Shown one piece after another: positions 8,410 through 17,598 of a DNA stretch of 51,351 nucleotides; the stretch's first letter is position 1, and each line of letters starts with the position of its first letter. Location of the stretch: the IMG/VR virus record IMGVR_UViG_3300037482_000077, positions 1 through 51,351 of that record; one strand, given 5' to 3'. The notes under the pieces are model-generated. The model was not told the DNA's origin, made no database searches, and was given only the letters and a program-made list of their open reading frames with translations. The position numbers were made by a program, and so were the translations under genes. This stretch comes from a virus (Duplodnaviria; Caudoviricetes).

Positions 8410-8639
8410 GCCTGATCACGCTGGCAAGACACTACCTGCGCGTCGCGAAGGCCCGCCGCCGCAACCGAGAGGCCGCCAAGATCGCGCGACTGGAATCCTT
8501 CATCGAGGCCCAGCGCGAGCAGGCCGACAAGTATCTCGCCGGGTGCGCAACGAAACTGGCGCGGCTCAAGGCCAAGCACGACGGGCGCAGCTCCGAGCAG
8601 GTGCGGCGGGATGTGGAGCGGGCGTCGAAGTATTTCTAA
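8406..8639 (+). CDS. Hypothetical coiled-coil protein
   Basis: AAGGAG RBS; ATGA overlap. Confidence 0.65.
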   Translation: MSLITLARHYLRVAKARRRNREAAKIARLESFIEAQREQADKYLAGCATKLARLKAKHDGRSSEQVRRDVERASKYF

Positions 8640-8678
8640 CCCACCAGCGGCGGCAGAGTCACGCCAAAGGAGATTGCA

Positions 8679-9449
8679 GTGAGCACAGCACTTACCACCC
8701 TGACATCAAGCCTTGCCCAGAAATTCGGCATGGGCGAGAACGGCGCCGAGCTTGTAGGCGTCCTCAAGGCCACAGCGTTCAAGGGGCCGGCGAGCGATGC
8801 GCAATTGACCGCGCTGATGATCGTCGCCAATCAGTACGGGCTGAACCCCTGGACCAAGGAGATTTACGCCTTCCCTGACAAGAACAACGGGATCGTGCCG
8901 GTGGTCGGCGTCGATGGCTGGAGCCGCATCATCAACGAGAACCCGCAGTTCGACGGCATGGACTTCGCGCTATCTCAGGACGGCGAGGAATGTACCTGCA
9001 CGATCTACCGCAAGGATCGTTCGCACCCGATCAGCGTCACCGAGTATTTCAGCGAGTGTCGTCGCGACAACGCGCAGCCGTGGAAGTCGCACCCGCGCCG
9101 CATGCTTCGCCACAAGTCCATGATTCAGTGCGCCCGCCTCGCGTTCGGCTACGTCGGCATCTTCGACCAGGACGAAGCCGAGCGCATCGCGGAGATCGAT
9201 GTGACGCCGGGGCGCCAGACCGGCACGCAAGCCGCCGCTTCTGCTCGCCCTGTCGCCATCAAGAACACCGAAGAGCGCATGAAGCTCGTCGCCGACCTGG
9301 AAATCGTCGCCGCCGAGCAAGGTATCGAAGCGTATGCCGGCGTATGGCAAAAGCTCACCAAGGAACAGCGCGGCATGATCGGCGCCGACGAGCACGCACG
9401 CCTCAAGACCGTCGCCGCGTCGATCCCCGCGGAGGCGAGCCATGAGTGA
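8679..9449 (+). CDS. bet: Red-beta single-strand annealing protein
   Basis: QYGLNPWTKEIYAFPDK, IVPVVGVDGWSRIIN and PWKSHPRRMLRHK motifs. Confidence 0.95.
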   Translation: MSTALTTLTSSLAQKFGMGENGAELVGVLKATAFKGPASDAQLTALMIVANQYGLNPWTKEIYAFPDKNNGIVPVVGVDGWSRIINENPQFDGMDFALSQDGEECTCTIYRKDRSHPISVTEYFSECRRDNAQPWKSHPRRMLRHKSMIQCARLAFGYVGIFDQDEAERIAEIDVTPGRQTGTQAAASARPVAIKNTEERMKLVADLEIVAAEQGIEAYAGVWQKLTKEQRGMIGADEHARLKTVAASIPAEASHE

Positions 9450-10068
9450 AGAACTGCAACGCACGGCAGCATGGCGCGCCGACCGCTGCGGGCGATGGAC
9501 CGGCAGCAAGTTCGTCGACGTCCTCGCGCGCAACAAGCGCACCGGCGAGAAGCTGAAGGCGTGGCATACGCTCTGTTGGCAAGTCGCCTGCGAACGCCTT
9601 ACCGGCGTACAGGACGAAGGCCCGGACGGTTTCGCGCTGCGGTGGGGGCGCGAGGTCGAGCCGTTCGCCGCCGAAGCCTACGAATTCGCCAGCGGCAACC
9701 TCATCACGCCGGCCGGCTTCATCGCGCACCCGGCCTACCCGATGGCGGGATGCTCGCCCGACGGGCTCATCGGCGCTGATGGCGGCATCGAAATGAAGTC
9801 GCCGAAGTCCTCACTGGTGCATCTCGAGCGGCTGATGTCCGGCATACCTGATGAGTACGTCCCGCAGGTACAGGGCTGCATGTGGGTGACGGGCCGCGCG
9901 TGGTGGGAATTCGTCAGCTATGACCCAAGGATGCCGGAACCGCACCGCCTTTACATCCAGCGCATCGAGCGTGACGACGCCTTTATTGCGGAACTGGCCG
10001 TAGCGGTGGCAGAGGCCGAAGCGCGCGTCGTCGAAATTCTTGAACAACTATCGAAGAGGGCAGCATGA
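9442..10068 (+). CDS. exo: Lambda exonuclease/YqaJ family recombination nuclease
   Basis: GCSPDGL...IEMKSP, YVPQVQG and FVSYDPR motifs. Confidence 0.92.
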   Translation: MSEELQRTAAWRADRCGRWTGSKFVDVLARNKRTGEKLKAWHTLCWQVACERLTGVQDEGPDGFALRWGREVEPFAAEAYEFASGNLITPAGFIAHPAYPMAGCSPDGLIGADGGIEMKSPKSSLVHLERLMSGIPDEYVPQVQGCMWVTGRAWWEFVSYDPRMPEPHRLYIQRIERDDAFIAELAVAVAEAEARVVEILEQLSKRAA

Positions 10069-10490
10069 ACGCATGGCAATTTACCGGGAATCTTGGGGCT
10101 GATTGTGAGAGCCGCGTAACACCCAACGGCGATGCCGTCGTCTCGTTCTCGGTCGGCGTGAAGTCCGGCTACGGAGACAAGGCCGTTACCACCTGGGCGC
10201 GCTGCCAGATGTGGGGAAAGCGCGGCGAAGCGGTCGCGCCATTCCTTCTGAAAAGCCAGCTTGTCGGCGTGGGCGGCGAATTGACCAACCGCGAATACAC
10301 GGACAAGGACGGCAACAAGCGCACGAGCCTGGATGTTCGCGTCAATGACCTGACGCTGCTCGGCAAGCGGGACGGCGCACAGCAGGAGCGCAGCCAGCCC
10401 GCACCGCAGCGCGAGCAGAAAGCGTCCGCCAAGACCGCCGCAGAGGGCGGCAGCGGCTTTGGCGACTTCTCCGACGACGTGCCGTTCTGA
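10065..10490 (+). CDS. ssb: Single-stranded DNA-binding protein
   Basis: OB fold (FTGNLGAD), acidic C-terminus DDVPF. Confidence 0.95.
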   Translation: MNAWQFTGNLGADCESRVTPNGDAVVSFSVGVKSGYGDKAVTTWARCQMWGKRGEAVAPFLLKSQLVGVGGELTNREYTDKDGNKRTSLDVRVNDLTLLGKRDGAQQERSQPAPQREQKASAKTAAEGGSGFGDFSDDVPF

Positions 10491-10562
10491 GGAAACGGCC
10501 ATGACCACTACCGCCCTCACCCTACCCGAGTGCGCCGCCTGCATGGCGCAAAAGGAGGCCGC

Positions 10563-10793
10563 ATGAGCCCGAACGAGATCAAGGTCGGCAAGACCTACAC
10601 GAACCGCGGCGCCGGCAAGACGCAGCGCACCGTGATTGCAATTGGCCCGGAGTACAGGCCGTCGCAGTTTTGGAACGCGACCGGAGAGCCGCTGAACCAT
10701 GATGAGCCCGGCGTGCTGTTCGAGCAGCGCGGGATTGGGCGCAATCTGTACCTCTCGTCGTTTGCGAAATGGGCCGGCAAGGAGGCCGCATGA
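10563..10793 (+). CDS. Hypothetical protein
   Basis: AGGAGG RBS. Confidence 0.7.
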   Translation: MSPNEIKVGKTYTNRGAGKTQRTVIAIGPEYRPSQFWNATGEPLNHDEPGVLFEQRGIGRNLYLSSFAKWAGKEAA

Positions 10794-11143
10794 ACCTCGC
10801 CGCCCAACTCTCCGCCGCCAACGGCATCGCCCAGCCGGCCGCACTGCCGACCCACTGGGCGCTGCTGTTCGGCCACGCCGCCCCGCACCCGCTGCCGGAG
10901 CCCGTGCGCACCCCCGCCCCGCGCGAGAAGCCCTATCGCCAGGTCACGCCGATAGGGATGCAGGACGACTTCCTTGCCGCACTGGAGTCCGGGCCGGGCA
11001 CCACCACCGCGCTCGCGCATTTCGTCGGCACAACCCCGAGCGCGGCGCGGCGCTGCCTGCAGCGGATGGAGCTGCGCGAGCTGGTGAGCGTTCGCGAGGC
11101 GTTCGTGAACGGGCGCAATACGCTGGAGTGGAGCGCTAAATGA
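10790..11143 (+). CDS. Protein with C-terminal winged HTH
   Basis: TTTALAHFVGTTPSAARRCLQRME HTH pattern. Confidence 0.65.
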   Translation: MNLAAQLSAANGIAQPAALPTHWALLFGHAAPHPLPEPVRTPAPREKPYRQVTPIGMQDDFLAALESGPGTTTALAHFVGTTPSAARRCLQRMELRELVSVREAFVNGRNTLEWSAK

Positions 11144-11382
11144 CCATCGATCTGTACGCCGACTGCGACGGCGACGAACTCGGTGCGCTCGAAGCCATCT
11201 TCTCCGGCTACGGCTGTGCCTCGTCCGTCGACGAATTCATTAGCGCCGAACTCGACGCCGCGCGCGTGCGCATCATCCGCTTCGCCGCCCTGCGCTGGCA
11301 CGCCGCCGCGTCTGGCGCCATGCGCTACCCGTGGTCGCAGGAGTTTGCGATCGAGGCAATCACCGAAATTCGAGGACGCTGA
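11140..11382 (+). CDS. Hypothetical protein
   Basis: ATGA overlap. Confidence 0.6.
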   Translation: MTIDLYADCDGDELGALEAIFSGYGCASSVDEFISAELDAARVRIIRFAALRWHAAASGAMRYPWSQEFAIEAITEIRGR

Positions 11383-11384
11383 GA

Positions 11385-11753
11385 ATGAACTACCTGAACA
11401 CGAACGCGCACCTTGAAGCGGAGGTGGCGCGGCTGCGCGCGGAGCTTGACGCAGTTTCTGCCGCAATCCCTTCAGTCGAATTCATGGACCCGCCCGATGG
11501 CGGCGATACGTCGCTTGCGGAGCAAGTGCGCCGCATGGCTGCACTCATCGAGGACCAGTCGAACGAACTCGGCGCGCTGCGGGCACAGAGCGCGCCGGAG
11601 GGTTGGCAGATGGTCCCGGTGGAGCCAACCATCGAGATGATGGACGGCGCGTTCGACGACATCCGCCTGTCGGACGCCCATACGACGTACGGCGTTACAG
11701 AGCACGTGTGGGCCTACATGCTCGCCGCCGCACCGAAGCCGGAGGTGAGGTGA
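11385..11753 (+). CDS. Ea22/Ead-like early protein
   Basis: FMDPPDGGD and PEGWQMVPVEPT...MLAAAPKPE modules. Confidence 0.7.
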   Translation: MNYLNTNAHLEAEVARLRAELDAVSAAIPSVEFMDPPDGGDTSLAEQVRRMAALIEDQSNELGALRAQSAPEGWQMVPVEPTIEMMDGAFDDIRLSDAHTTYGVTEHVWAYMLAAAPKPEVR

Positions 11754-12166
11754 TGGCAGGCTACTACAACAACGACAAGCTGATCGAACTGGAAAACGAG
11801 GTCACGCGGCTGCGCACCGAACTCGCCGCAGCGCAGGCCCGCGAGCAGCAGATGCGGGAGGCGCTGCGGTTGCTATGGAATTCAGAAGGCGCTCCGGATT
11901 GTGATGACCTCGCCGCTATCGACGACGCCCTCGCCCTCCCGTCCGACGACTCCGCGCTGCGTGCCCGACTGGCGCAGGAGCGGGAGCGGGTCGCGGAGTT
12001 TCTCGATCAGCGCGCAGAGGACTACGCGCTGGAGTTCGGCCGCGGCCGCGACAGCGAAGGTGGGCTGTCTTTTGGTTGCGGCCCGTGGGTCCACATCCGG
12101 AAGGATTACTACAACGAGCTGCTGGAAAACGCGGGGGCGGTCCGCGCCATGGGAGACGCGCAATGA
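11753..12166 (+). CDS. Early coiled-coil protein (paralogous modules with 16721-17101)
   Basis: RLRTELAAAQARE and DDSALRARLAQERERVA. Confidence 0.7.
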   Translation: MAGYYNNDKLIELENEVTRLRTELAAAQAREQQMREALRLLWNSEGAPDCDDLAAIDDALALPSDDSALRARLAQERERVAEFLDQRAEDYALEFGRGRDSEGGLSFGCGPWVHIRKDYYNELLENAGAVRAMGDAQ

Positions 12167-12474
12167 CGGAGCGTGAATTACTGGAGCTGGCTGCGAAGGC
12201 GGCGGGGATCGATGTGAAGTTTTGCCCTGACGACACCATAGAGGTCGGCTACTTGCAGCGTAACAAGTTCGTAGCATGGAATCCGCTCACCGACGATGGC
12301 GATGCGCTGCGGCTGGCGGTGAAGCTAAGCATGAGTATCGTTTTTGGAGCGAATTACGTAATCGTGAACAGCAGCGTTCAGAGCCCAACAGTCAACAATG
12401 CCAATGATCCATACGCAGCCACCCGACGTGCAATCGTCCGCGCGGCAGCCGAGATCGGCAGGAGCCTGCCATGA
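12163..12474 (+). CDS. Phage hypothetical protein (WNPLTDDGDALRLAV family)
   Basis: Recognisable conserved phage motif; ends ATRRAIVRAAAEIG. Confidence 0.8.
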   Translation: MTERELLELAAKAAGIDVKFCPDDTIEVGYLQRNKFVAWNPLTDDGDALRLAVKLSMSIVFGANYVIVNSSVQSPTVNNANDPYAATRRAIVRAAAEIGRSLP

Positions 12475-12749
12475 CCGACACCCGAGAACTCGCCCTGCGA
12501 CTGGCGCGGGAGGCCCTTGGTGACAAGGCGTACAGCGCCCTCACCTACTCCACCGGCCCGTATGAGGTCACAGAGCCAACAGTTGATCTGGTTGCTCTCG
12601 TCCGCCTCGCTATGGTCGAGGGGCTGCGGATGGGGGCGGATCTCATGGAGCGGATTGCGGCGGCGTGCAATGAAGAATGCTCAGACGCCGAGCCGTTTAT
12701 ATACGCGAGAGAAGCCCTGCGCGCCAAGGCTGAGGAGATGGGCAAATGA
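12471..12749 (+). CDS. Hypothetical protein
   Basis: ATGA overlap. Confidence 0.6.
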   Translation: MTDTRELALRLAREALGDKAYSALTYSTGPYEVTEPTVDLVALVRLAMVEGLRMGADLMERIAAACNEECSDAEPFIYAREALRAKAEEMGK

Positions 12750-12934
12750 CCGGATTAGCGCACGACGTGTGCCGCTGCAAGGGCTACGCCTGCGACCGCA
12801 AGACCGAGTGCGCCCGCTACCGAGACCGCAACTTCGGACACAAAACCCCCTGGACCGCGCGGCTGTGCCCCATGGGTCGCGAGTCGGAGTACTTCATCGC
12901 TGCCGCGCCCGTGGCCGAGGAGGTGGGCAAATGA
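12746..12934 (+). CDS. Small Cys-rich protein
   Basis: DVCRC...CDRKTECARY. Confidence 0.65.
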   Translation: MTGLAHDVCRCKGYACDRKTECARYRDRNFGHKTPWTARLCPMGRESEYFIAAAPVAEEVGK

Positions 12935-13080
12935 GCCGCTATCGGCGCCTCTTGCTGCTCATGTTCGGCATGGTGAGTTGGGCAACGCTGGATTTCATTA
13001 CAGGACGCACATCGTCGAGTGAGGACCTACTAATCGCATCGCTCGCACTTGCATGGGCAGCTGAGGAAATGATCAAGTGA
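12931..13080 (+). CDS. Small two-helix membrane protein
   Basis: ATGA overlap; hydrophobic segments. Confidence 0.5.
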   Translation: MSRYRRLLLLMFGMVSWATLDFITGRTSSSEDLLIASLALAWAAEEMIK

Positions 13081-13553
13081 GAAAGCGCGCCCGCCACGTC
13101 GGCCTGCATCCGCTCATCGCCGCCGGCCTGCACCGCGCCGAGAAGCAGCGCAAGGCCGCCGTGATCGCCAGCCCCATGCGCGCCCTCTTCGCCCTGCTCG
13201 CCACCGGCGAGGTGCACGAGATCGACGGCCTGCCCGTCATGCGCATGCCCGAGTGCGACGACGGCGTGACCGAGCGCGCAACGTGGTGCGCCATCGCCCC
13301 GGCGATCCGCGGGTGGTGCGACTTCTGGGCACGCATCGCGGCAGACATCCGGCTCTATCACATGGGCGTACTCGCGGACCGGCTGGAGCGCGGGCAGGCG
13401 GTGACGCCGCGGCTCGTCGAGCAGGCGCGCGAGGAATTCGAGGCGACCATCGGGCGGATACCTGCGCTGGCCGAGGGGGCGATTCTGAGCGCGATCACGA
13501 CGACGAAGATTTCATGGGCAATGCAAGATATCGGGGGTATCTATGGAGCCTGA
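13077..13553 (+). CDS. Hypothetical protein
   Basis: GTGA overlap; protein-like composition. Confidence 0.65.
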   Translation: MRKRARHVGLHPLIAAGLHRAEKQRKAAVIASPMRALFALLATGEVHEIDGLPVMRMPECDDGVTERATWCAIAPAIRGWCDFWARIAADIRLYHMGVLADRLERGQAVTPRLVEQAREEFEATIGRIPALAEGAILSAITTTKISWAMQDIGGIYGA

Positions 13554-14073
13554 CCTAATTGCGATGATGCGCCAGTATCTGGAATACAACCCTAGTAGCG
13601 GCCAATTCGTTTGGGTAAAAAATCCTCACCGTCAAAAGATTGTCGGCAAGGTTGCAGGTTTATTGCTCCATTCCGGTTACGTCCAAATTTCGTTTCAAGG
13701 CAAACGATACCAAGCGCACAGGCTGGCTATGGCCTTCCTTGAAGGCTCATTCCCTCCTAGCGGTATCGACCACATAAACGGGGCGCGCAACGACAACCGT
13801 GCCACCAACCTGCGCCATGCAAGCGCAGCAGAGAATGGGCAAAACATGAAGCGTAGCTCCAAAAACACCTCTGGGTTTGTTGGGGTGCATTGGAACAATA
13901 AACACAAGAAATGGTATTCGCGCATATGCGCCAACGGGAACAGGGCTTTCCTTGGCGCCTTTGACTCACCAATCGACGCGTACAAGGCGTACCTAGATGC
14001 AAAGCGCGATATGCATCCATTTCAGCCTGTTCCAAGACAGGAGATGGAACGGCTTTGCGAGGCCGTGAATTGA
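13543..14073 (+). CDS. HNH homing endonuclease with C-terminal AP2 domain
   Basis: AHRLA, IDHINGARNDNRATNLR and NTSGFVGVHW...FLGAF motifs; lower GC than flanks. Confidence 0.92.
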   Translation: MEPDLIAMMRQYLEYNPSSGQFVWVKNPHRQKIVGKVAGLLLHSGYVQISFQGKRYQAHRLAMAFLEGSFPPSGIDHINGARNDNRATNLRHASAAENGQNMKRSSKNTSGFVGVHWNNKHKKWYSRICANGNRAFLGAFDSPIDAYKAYLDAKRDMHPFQPVPRQEMERLCEAVN

Positions 14074-14119
14074 CACCAAACGCAGCCATGACAGACGATC
14101 AATGGTGGGAGATTGAGCG

Positions 14120-14176
14120 GCGTAACGATCCAGCATGAGCGGCCCGCAGGGTCCGCTCTCGATGCGCCAGTTGGGC
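14120..14176 (-). mobile_element. attC-like recombination site (57 bp)
   Basis: Minus strand GCCCAAC-TGGCG-CATCGAGAGC-GGACCC-TGC-GGGCC-GCTCATG-CTGGATC-GTTACGC; slightly degenerate L'' box and spacer. Confidence 0.65.
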
Positions 14177-14190
14177 GCGGAGGGGGAAAG

Positions 14191-14460
14191 ATGAAGTTGA
14201 ACGTACTAATTATGCGGGCGCTGGATTGGCCGTGCTCGATGGGCGAGCGCCTACGGGATTGGCTTGAGGCAGGCGAAAAGCAAGCTAGCCAACCGGAGAT
14301 CAACCCACTCGCACGGCGCTGCTATCTGATGAGCGAGGCTCACCTAAGCGGTTATCGACTCATCGTCGGCTTTGAAAGCCTCGATGATCTTCAGGATGCG
14401 CAGGAGTTTTTGGCGCGGCGGGTGCCGCCCAACTTGAATTCAACGGACATGTCGCGTTAA
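14191..14460 (+). CDS. Hypothetical protein carried in an attC-like cassette
   Basis: GGAGG RBS just after GTTGGGC; the ORF runs through GCCCAAC at 14427-14433. Confidence 0.65.
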   Translation: MKLNVLIMRALDWPCSMGERLRDWLEAGEKQASQPEINPLARRCYLMSEAHLSGYRLIVGFESLDDLQDAQEFLARRVPPNLNSTDMSR

Positions 14461-14532
14461 CGAATTGACGCGACACATGTCGCATAACGCCCAGATCACC
14501 GGGTTGGCTCGACACAGGGAGACGAGTACGAG

Positions 14533-14718
14533 ATGACCAAACAGGAATTGCACAAGATGCGCCGCCTCGAAGCCGAGAGCACTCGGCTGCGCGAGCAACT
14601 GGAGCGGCACATGGACGTGTATCGCGAACAGATGTACGAGCTCGTCGAGTTGCGCACGCAGATGGATCTGGTGCGGGCGGCAGTGGGTGCGCCTGAAAAT
14701 TCCAAGGAGCCGGCATGA
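14533..14718 (+). CDS. Small coiled-coil protein
   Basis: Operon packing. Confidence 0.65.
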   Translation: MTKQELHKMRRLEAESTRLREQLERHMDVYREQMYELVELRTQMDLVRAAVGAPENSKEPA

Positions 14719-14987
14719 CCGACATCGATACCGGCGACACCGTGCGCCACGAGCCGACCGGCGAAGAATGGCTCGTCGCCTGCGTCATCGGCGACCACCT
14801 GAACTGGTGCGGCTGGCCGGAAGGCACGGCGGCGCTTGCGGACTGCGAGCTGGCGAAGAAGGTATCAGACGAGAAGCGCGACAGACTTCTGCGCGAACTG
14901 ACCGCCATGAAGAGTGACGACCACCGCGGCCGGTATGCGCGGGAGCGGCTGGGCGATACGATGGGCGAACACAGGGAGGAAGCATGA
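14715..14987 (+). CDS. Hypothetical protein
   Basis: AAGGAG RBS; ATGA overlap. Confidence 0.7.
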   Translation: MTDIDTGDTVRHEPTGEEWLVACVIGDHLNWCGWPEGTAALADCELAKKVSDEKRDRLLRELTAMKSDDHRGRYARERLGDTMGEHREEA

Positions 14988-15247
14988 AGCCCGAGCACAA
15001 CATCCTTCAACTACACTGGATTCGCGCGGAGCAGTATTGCCTGCTCTCTGGCGAGTCGATCGACGCCGTCCGCGAGCGCATCCGCGACGGCGCATGGGCC
15101 GCCGGCAAGCACTACCGGCGCACCGGCCCGCGCACCCTTTGGATCAGCATTCCGGCGGTCAATCAATGGATCGAGCAGCAGCCTCTCGTCGCGTCGTGTG
15201 TCCCGAAGGAATTGAAATCCGCCCGGGGGCGCGCAGCGACCGCATAA
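14984..15247 (+). CDS. xis: Excisionase
   Basis: WIRAEQYCLLSGES...GAWAAGKHY...LWISIPAVNQW; overlaps the integrase start. Confidence 0.85.
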   Translation: MKPEHNILQLHWIRAEQYCLLSGESIDAVRERIRDGAWAAGKHYRRTGPRTLWISIPAVNQWIEQQPLVASCVPKELKSARGRAATA

Positions 15248-16389
15248 GGATCAGCTTCAACCTCAACGGCCGGCGCCACCGCGAGACGCTCGATATCCCG
15301 GCCACCGCGGCGAACATCAAGTATGCAGCCCGTCTCCGCGCGGAGGTGCTCAACGCGATTGAGCGCGGCACCTTCGACTACACGACACTGTTCCCGAAGT
15401 CGCGCGCGGCGAAGAAGGCGCAGCGGCAGGGGCGGGCCAAGAAGCCCAGCCAGGTCGGCGAGTTGGTCGATGCCTACCTCGATGCGGCGCGCGCCGCGAA
15501 GGTGATGTCCCCGTCGTCGATCGCGTGCTATGCCCGATGGGGCGAGGCCCGCGTCAAGAAGAAGTGGGGCGACACGCCAGTCGATGAACTGGCGACCGCA
15601 GCGCTGCGGCCCTGGGTCGCGGAGCTGGCCGGGGCGCTCGCGCCGAAGTCCGCCAGGAACTGCGTCGCGCTACTCTCGACCGTGCTCGACCAGGCTGTCG
15701 CAGACGGTTTCATCGCAGCGAATCCACTCGATCCGATCAAGCTCAAACGCGTCATCCCGCGCGCCAGGAAGGGCGTGGACGACGATGTCGATCCGTTCAA
15801 CGATACCGAGGTGTCGGCGATCATCGCCGCCTGCGACCGGCCTGAGGAGCGCGCGCTGTTCCAGTTCGCCTTCGCGGCCGGGTTGCGCACCGGTGAGTTG
15901 ATCGCGCTGAAGTGGGACCATCTCGATCGGCTGCAGGGCTACGCCCATGTCTGCGACAACGTCGTCGACGCCGAGATCGGCACGCGCGAGAAGGACACGA
16001 AGACCGGGTCGGTGCGCGACGTGCCGCTATTGCCCGCCGCCCTTGAGGCGATTGCCACGATGCGGCCGATCAGCCAGCTGCGCAGCCCGTACGTCTTCAC
16101 CGGCGCGGACCATCAGCGGTGGGCGAGCGCGCAGCAGATCCGCAACCGCTGGCGGATCGTTCTGAGGCGCGCCGGCGTGCGGTATCGGAACCCCTACCAG
16201 ACGCGGCACACGTTCGCGTCGCGGCTGCTGATGGCGGGCGAGCGCGAACTGCTCGTGGCGTACCTGCTCGGTCATTCGACCGTCGAGATGGTGCGCCGGC
16301 ACTACGGCCGGTACATCCGGCAGCCGGACGGCGTGACGCTCGCGGGTGATTACAGCGGGTTCGGGGCGAGCGCGAAGAAGGCGGGATAA
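15166..16389 (+). CDS. int: Tyrosine integrase with N-terminal arm-binding domain
   Basis: GLRTGE (R), DTKTG (K), PYQTRHTFA, LGH and HYGRY (Y) motifs. Confidence 0.95.
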   Translation: MDRAAASRRVVCPEGIEIRPGARSDRIRISFNLNGRRHRETLDIPATAANIKYAARLRAEVLNAIERGTFDYTTLFPKSRAAKKAQRQGRAKKPSQVGELVDAYLDAARAAKVMSPSSIACYARWGEARVKKKWGDTPVDELATAALRPWVAELAGALAPKSARNCVALLSTVLDQAVADGFIAANPLDPIKLKRVIPRARKGVDDDVDPFNDTEVSAIIAACDRPEERALFQFAFAAGLRTGELIALKWDHLDRLQGYAHVCDNVVDAEIGTREKDTKTGSVRDVPLLPAALEAIATMRPISQLRSPYVFTGADHQRWASAQQIRNRWRIVLRRAGVRYRNPYQTRHTFASRLLMAGERELLVAYLLGHSTVEMVRRHYGRYIRQPDGVTLAGDYSGFGASAKKAG

Positions 16390-16415
16390 GGTGACTTTGG
16401 ATCTATGCCGAAAGC

Positions 16416-16629
16416 ATGGGGCTGATTTGGGGCAGTTTGGGGCACATAAAACCACCTTGAGCCGGCTTACAGAAAATCGACGATGCGACCAAAGCCCTGT
16501 ATCTGCGCGGTTTAATGCGTGCTAAGGTGGGTGATGATTGGCGGAAGCGGTGAGATTCGAACTCACGTATGATTCCTGTTCATTCAACTGCTTGCCTCGC
16601 TCGCGATGAATTTGGGGCGCATTTGGGGC
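16416..16629. repeat. Integrase arm-type sites flanking the attP core
   Basis: (T/A)TGGGGC direct repeats at 16416, 16426, 16436 and 16611, 16622. Confidence 0.7.
16539..16567 (-). mobile_element. attP core: 3' end of a tRNA-Ser (probably the TGA isoacceptor)
   Basis: CGTGAGTTCGAATCTCACCGCTTCCGCCA = T-arm, acceptor strand and CCA; lies right after int. Confidence 0.85.
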
Positions 16630-16720
16630 TGATCGTGCGCGATTTTGCTCGCGCGGCACCTGCTGCGCGCCGGACATGGGCGATCTGGCGGACGAGATGG
16701 ACTGACAAATGGAGAACCGC

Positions 16721-17101
16721 ATGGACATCACGGAACGACTGAGGCGCCTGTACGATCAGCACGGAACGAACTACGTGCGGGAGGCCGCCGACGAGATTGA
16801 GCGCCTGCGCACGGATCTGGCAGCGGCGCAGGCGCGTGAATGTGTGATGCGCGATGCGCTGAACTGCATCGCGTGCTGGTTTGAGGGTGCCAAGGTTGAT
16901 CGTACATTTGACGAGCCTGGGGCCGCCATGACAGTGCGCGCGGCTCTTGCGGCGACTCCACCCGACGACGCCGCCCTGCACGAGCGCCTGCGGGTTGAGC
17001 GCGAGCGTTGCGCCAATGTTGCCGACGAGATGTTCCGCGTTGCGACTGGCGATGACATTGCCGCCGCCATCCGCGCTCTGTCCGACGAGGACGCGCCATG
17101 A
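16721..17101 (+). CDS. Coiled-coil protein paralogous to 11753-12166
   Basis: EAADEIERLRTDLAAAQARE and DDAALHERLRVERERCA. Confidence 0.75.
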   Translation: MDITERLRRLYDQHGTNYVREAADEIERLRTDLAAAQARECVMRDALNCIACWFEGAKVDRTFDEPGAAMTVRAALAATPPDDAALHERLRVERERCANVADEMFRVATGDDIAAAIRALSDEDAP

Positions 17102-17334
17102 AACTGAACATGACCATCGACGAGTGCCTGGCCTTCGCCGACGAGTGGAGCCGCGGGCAGACCTTCCACGCCGACTCGCAAGGCTGGCGCGTGGTGTGCC
17201 TGCTGCTCGCGGAGGAAGTGCGGCGGGGGCGCGGGGAGCCGGAGGCGCCTGCCCGTGGCGCACGCGAATCGATCGCCCTGCGCACGCCTGACTCTGCTCT
17301 GCGCGACCGCCTTTGCGGCCGCCAGGACGCGTAG
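17098..17334 (+). CDS. Hypothetical protein
   Basis: ATGA overlap; GAGGA RBS. Confidence 0.6.
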   Translation: MKLNMTIDECLAFADEWSRGQTFHADSQGWRVVCLLLAEEVRRGRGEPEAPARGARESIALRTPDSALRDRLCGRQDA

Positions 17335-17337
17335 CCG

Positions 17338-17598
17338 CTACCGCTTCATCCGCTGCAGCGACAGGTCGGCGCACTCGTCATGCAGCGCGGCGCAGTTGGC
17401 GTACTCGTCAATCGCCTGCAATTCCCACAGCAGGCGACTCATGTTGTCGCGCGGGGCCGGCGGCGGGCTCATCGGGTCGCAGCGCATCAGGCACGCAGCC
17501 GGGGGCGGCAGGGTGGCGGTCACAATAGGCGCCGTGGAGCACCCTGTGCTCAGCGACAGACAGGCCACAATCGCGAGCAGGCAGCACGCGGATTTCAT
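17338..17598 (-). CDS. o-spanin (Rz1-like lipoprotein)
   Basis: Lipobox-like LSTGC, Pro-rich; overlaps the i-spanin out of frame. Confidence 0.7.
   Translation of the reverse strand: MKSACCLLAIVACLSLSTGCSTAPIVTATLPPPAACLMRCDPMSPPPAPRDNMSRLLWELQAIDEYANCAALHDECADLSLQRMKR

Noticed and set aside
14476-14505. dif/Xer site (TGTCGCATAA...)
   Set aside because: Only an XerC-like half resembles dif and there is no XerD arm (TTATGTTAAAT); better read as an attC half-site.
16539-16567. Complete tRNA gene
   Set aside because: Only the T-arm and 3' acceptor strand are present; this is the attP core.
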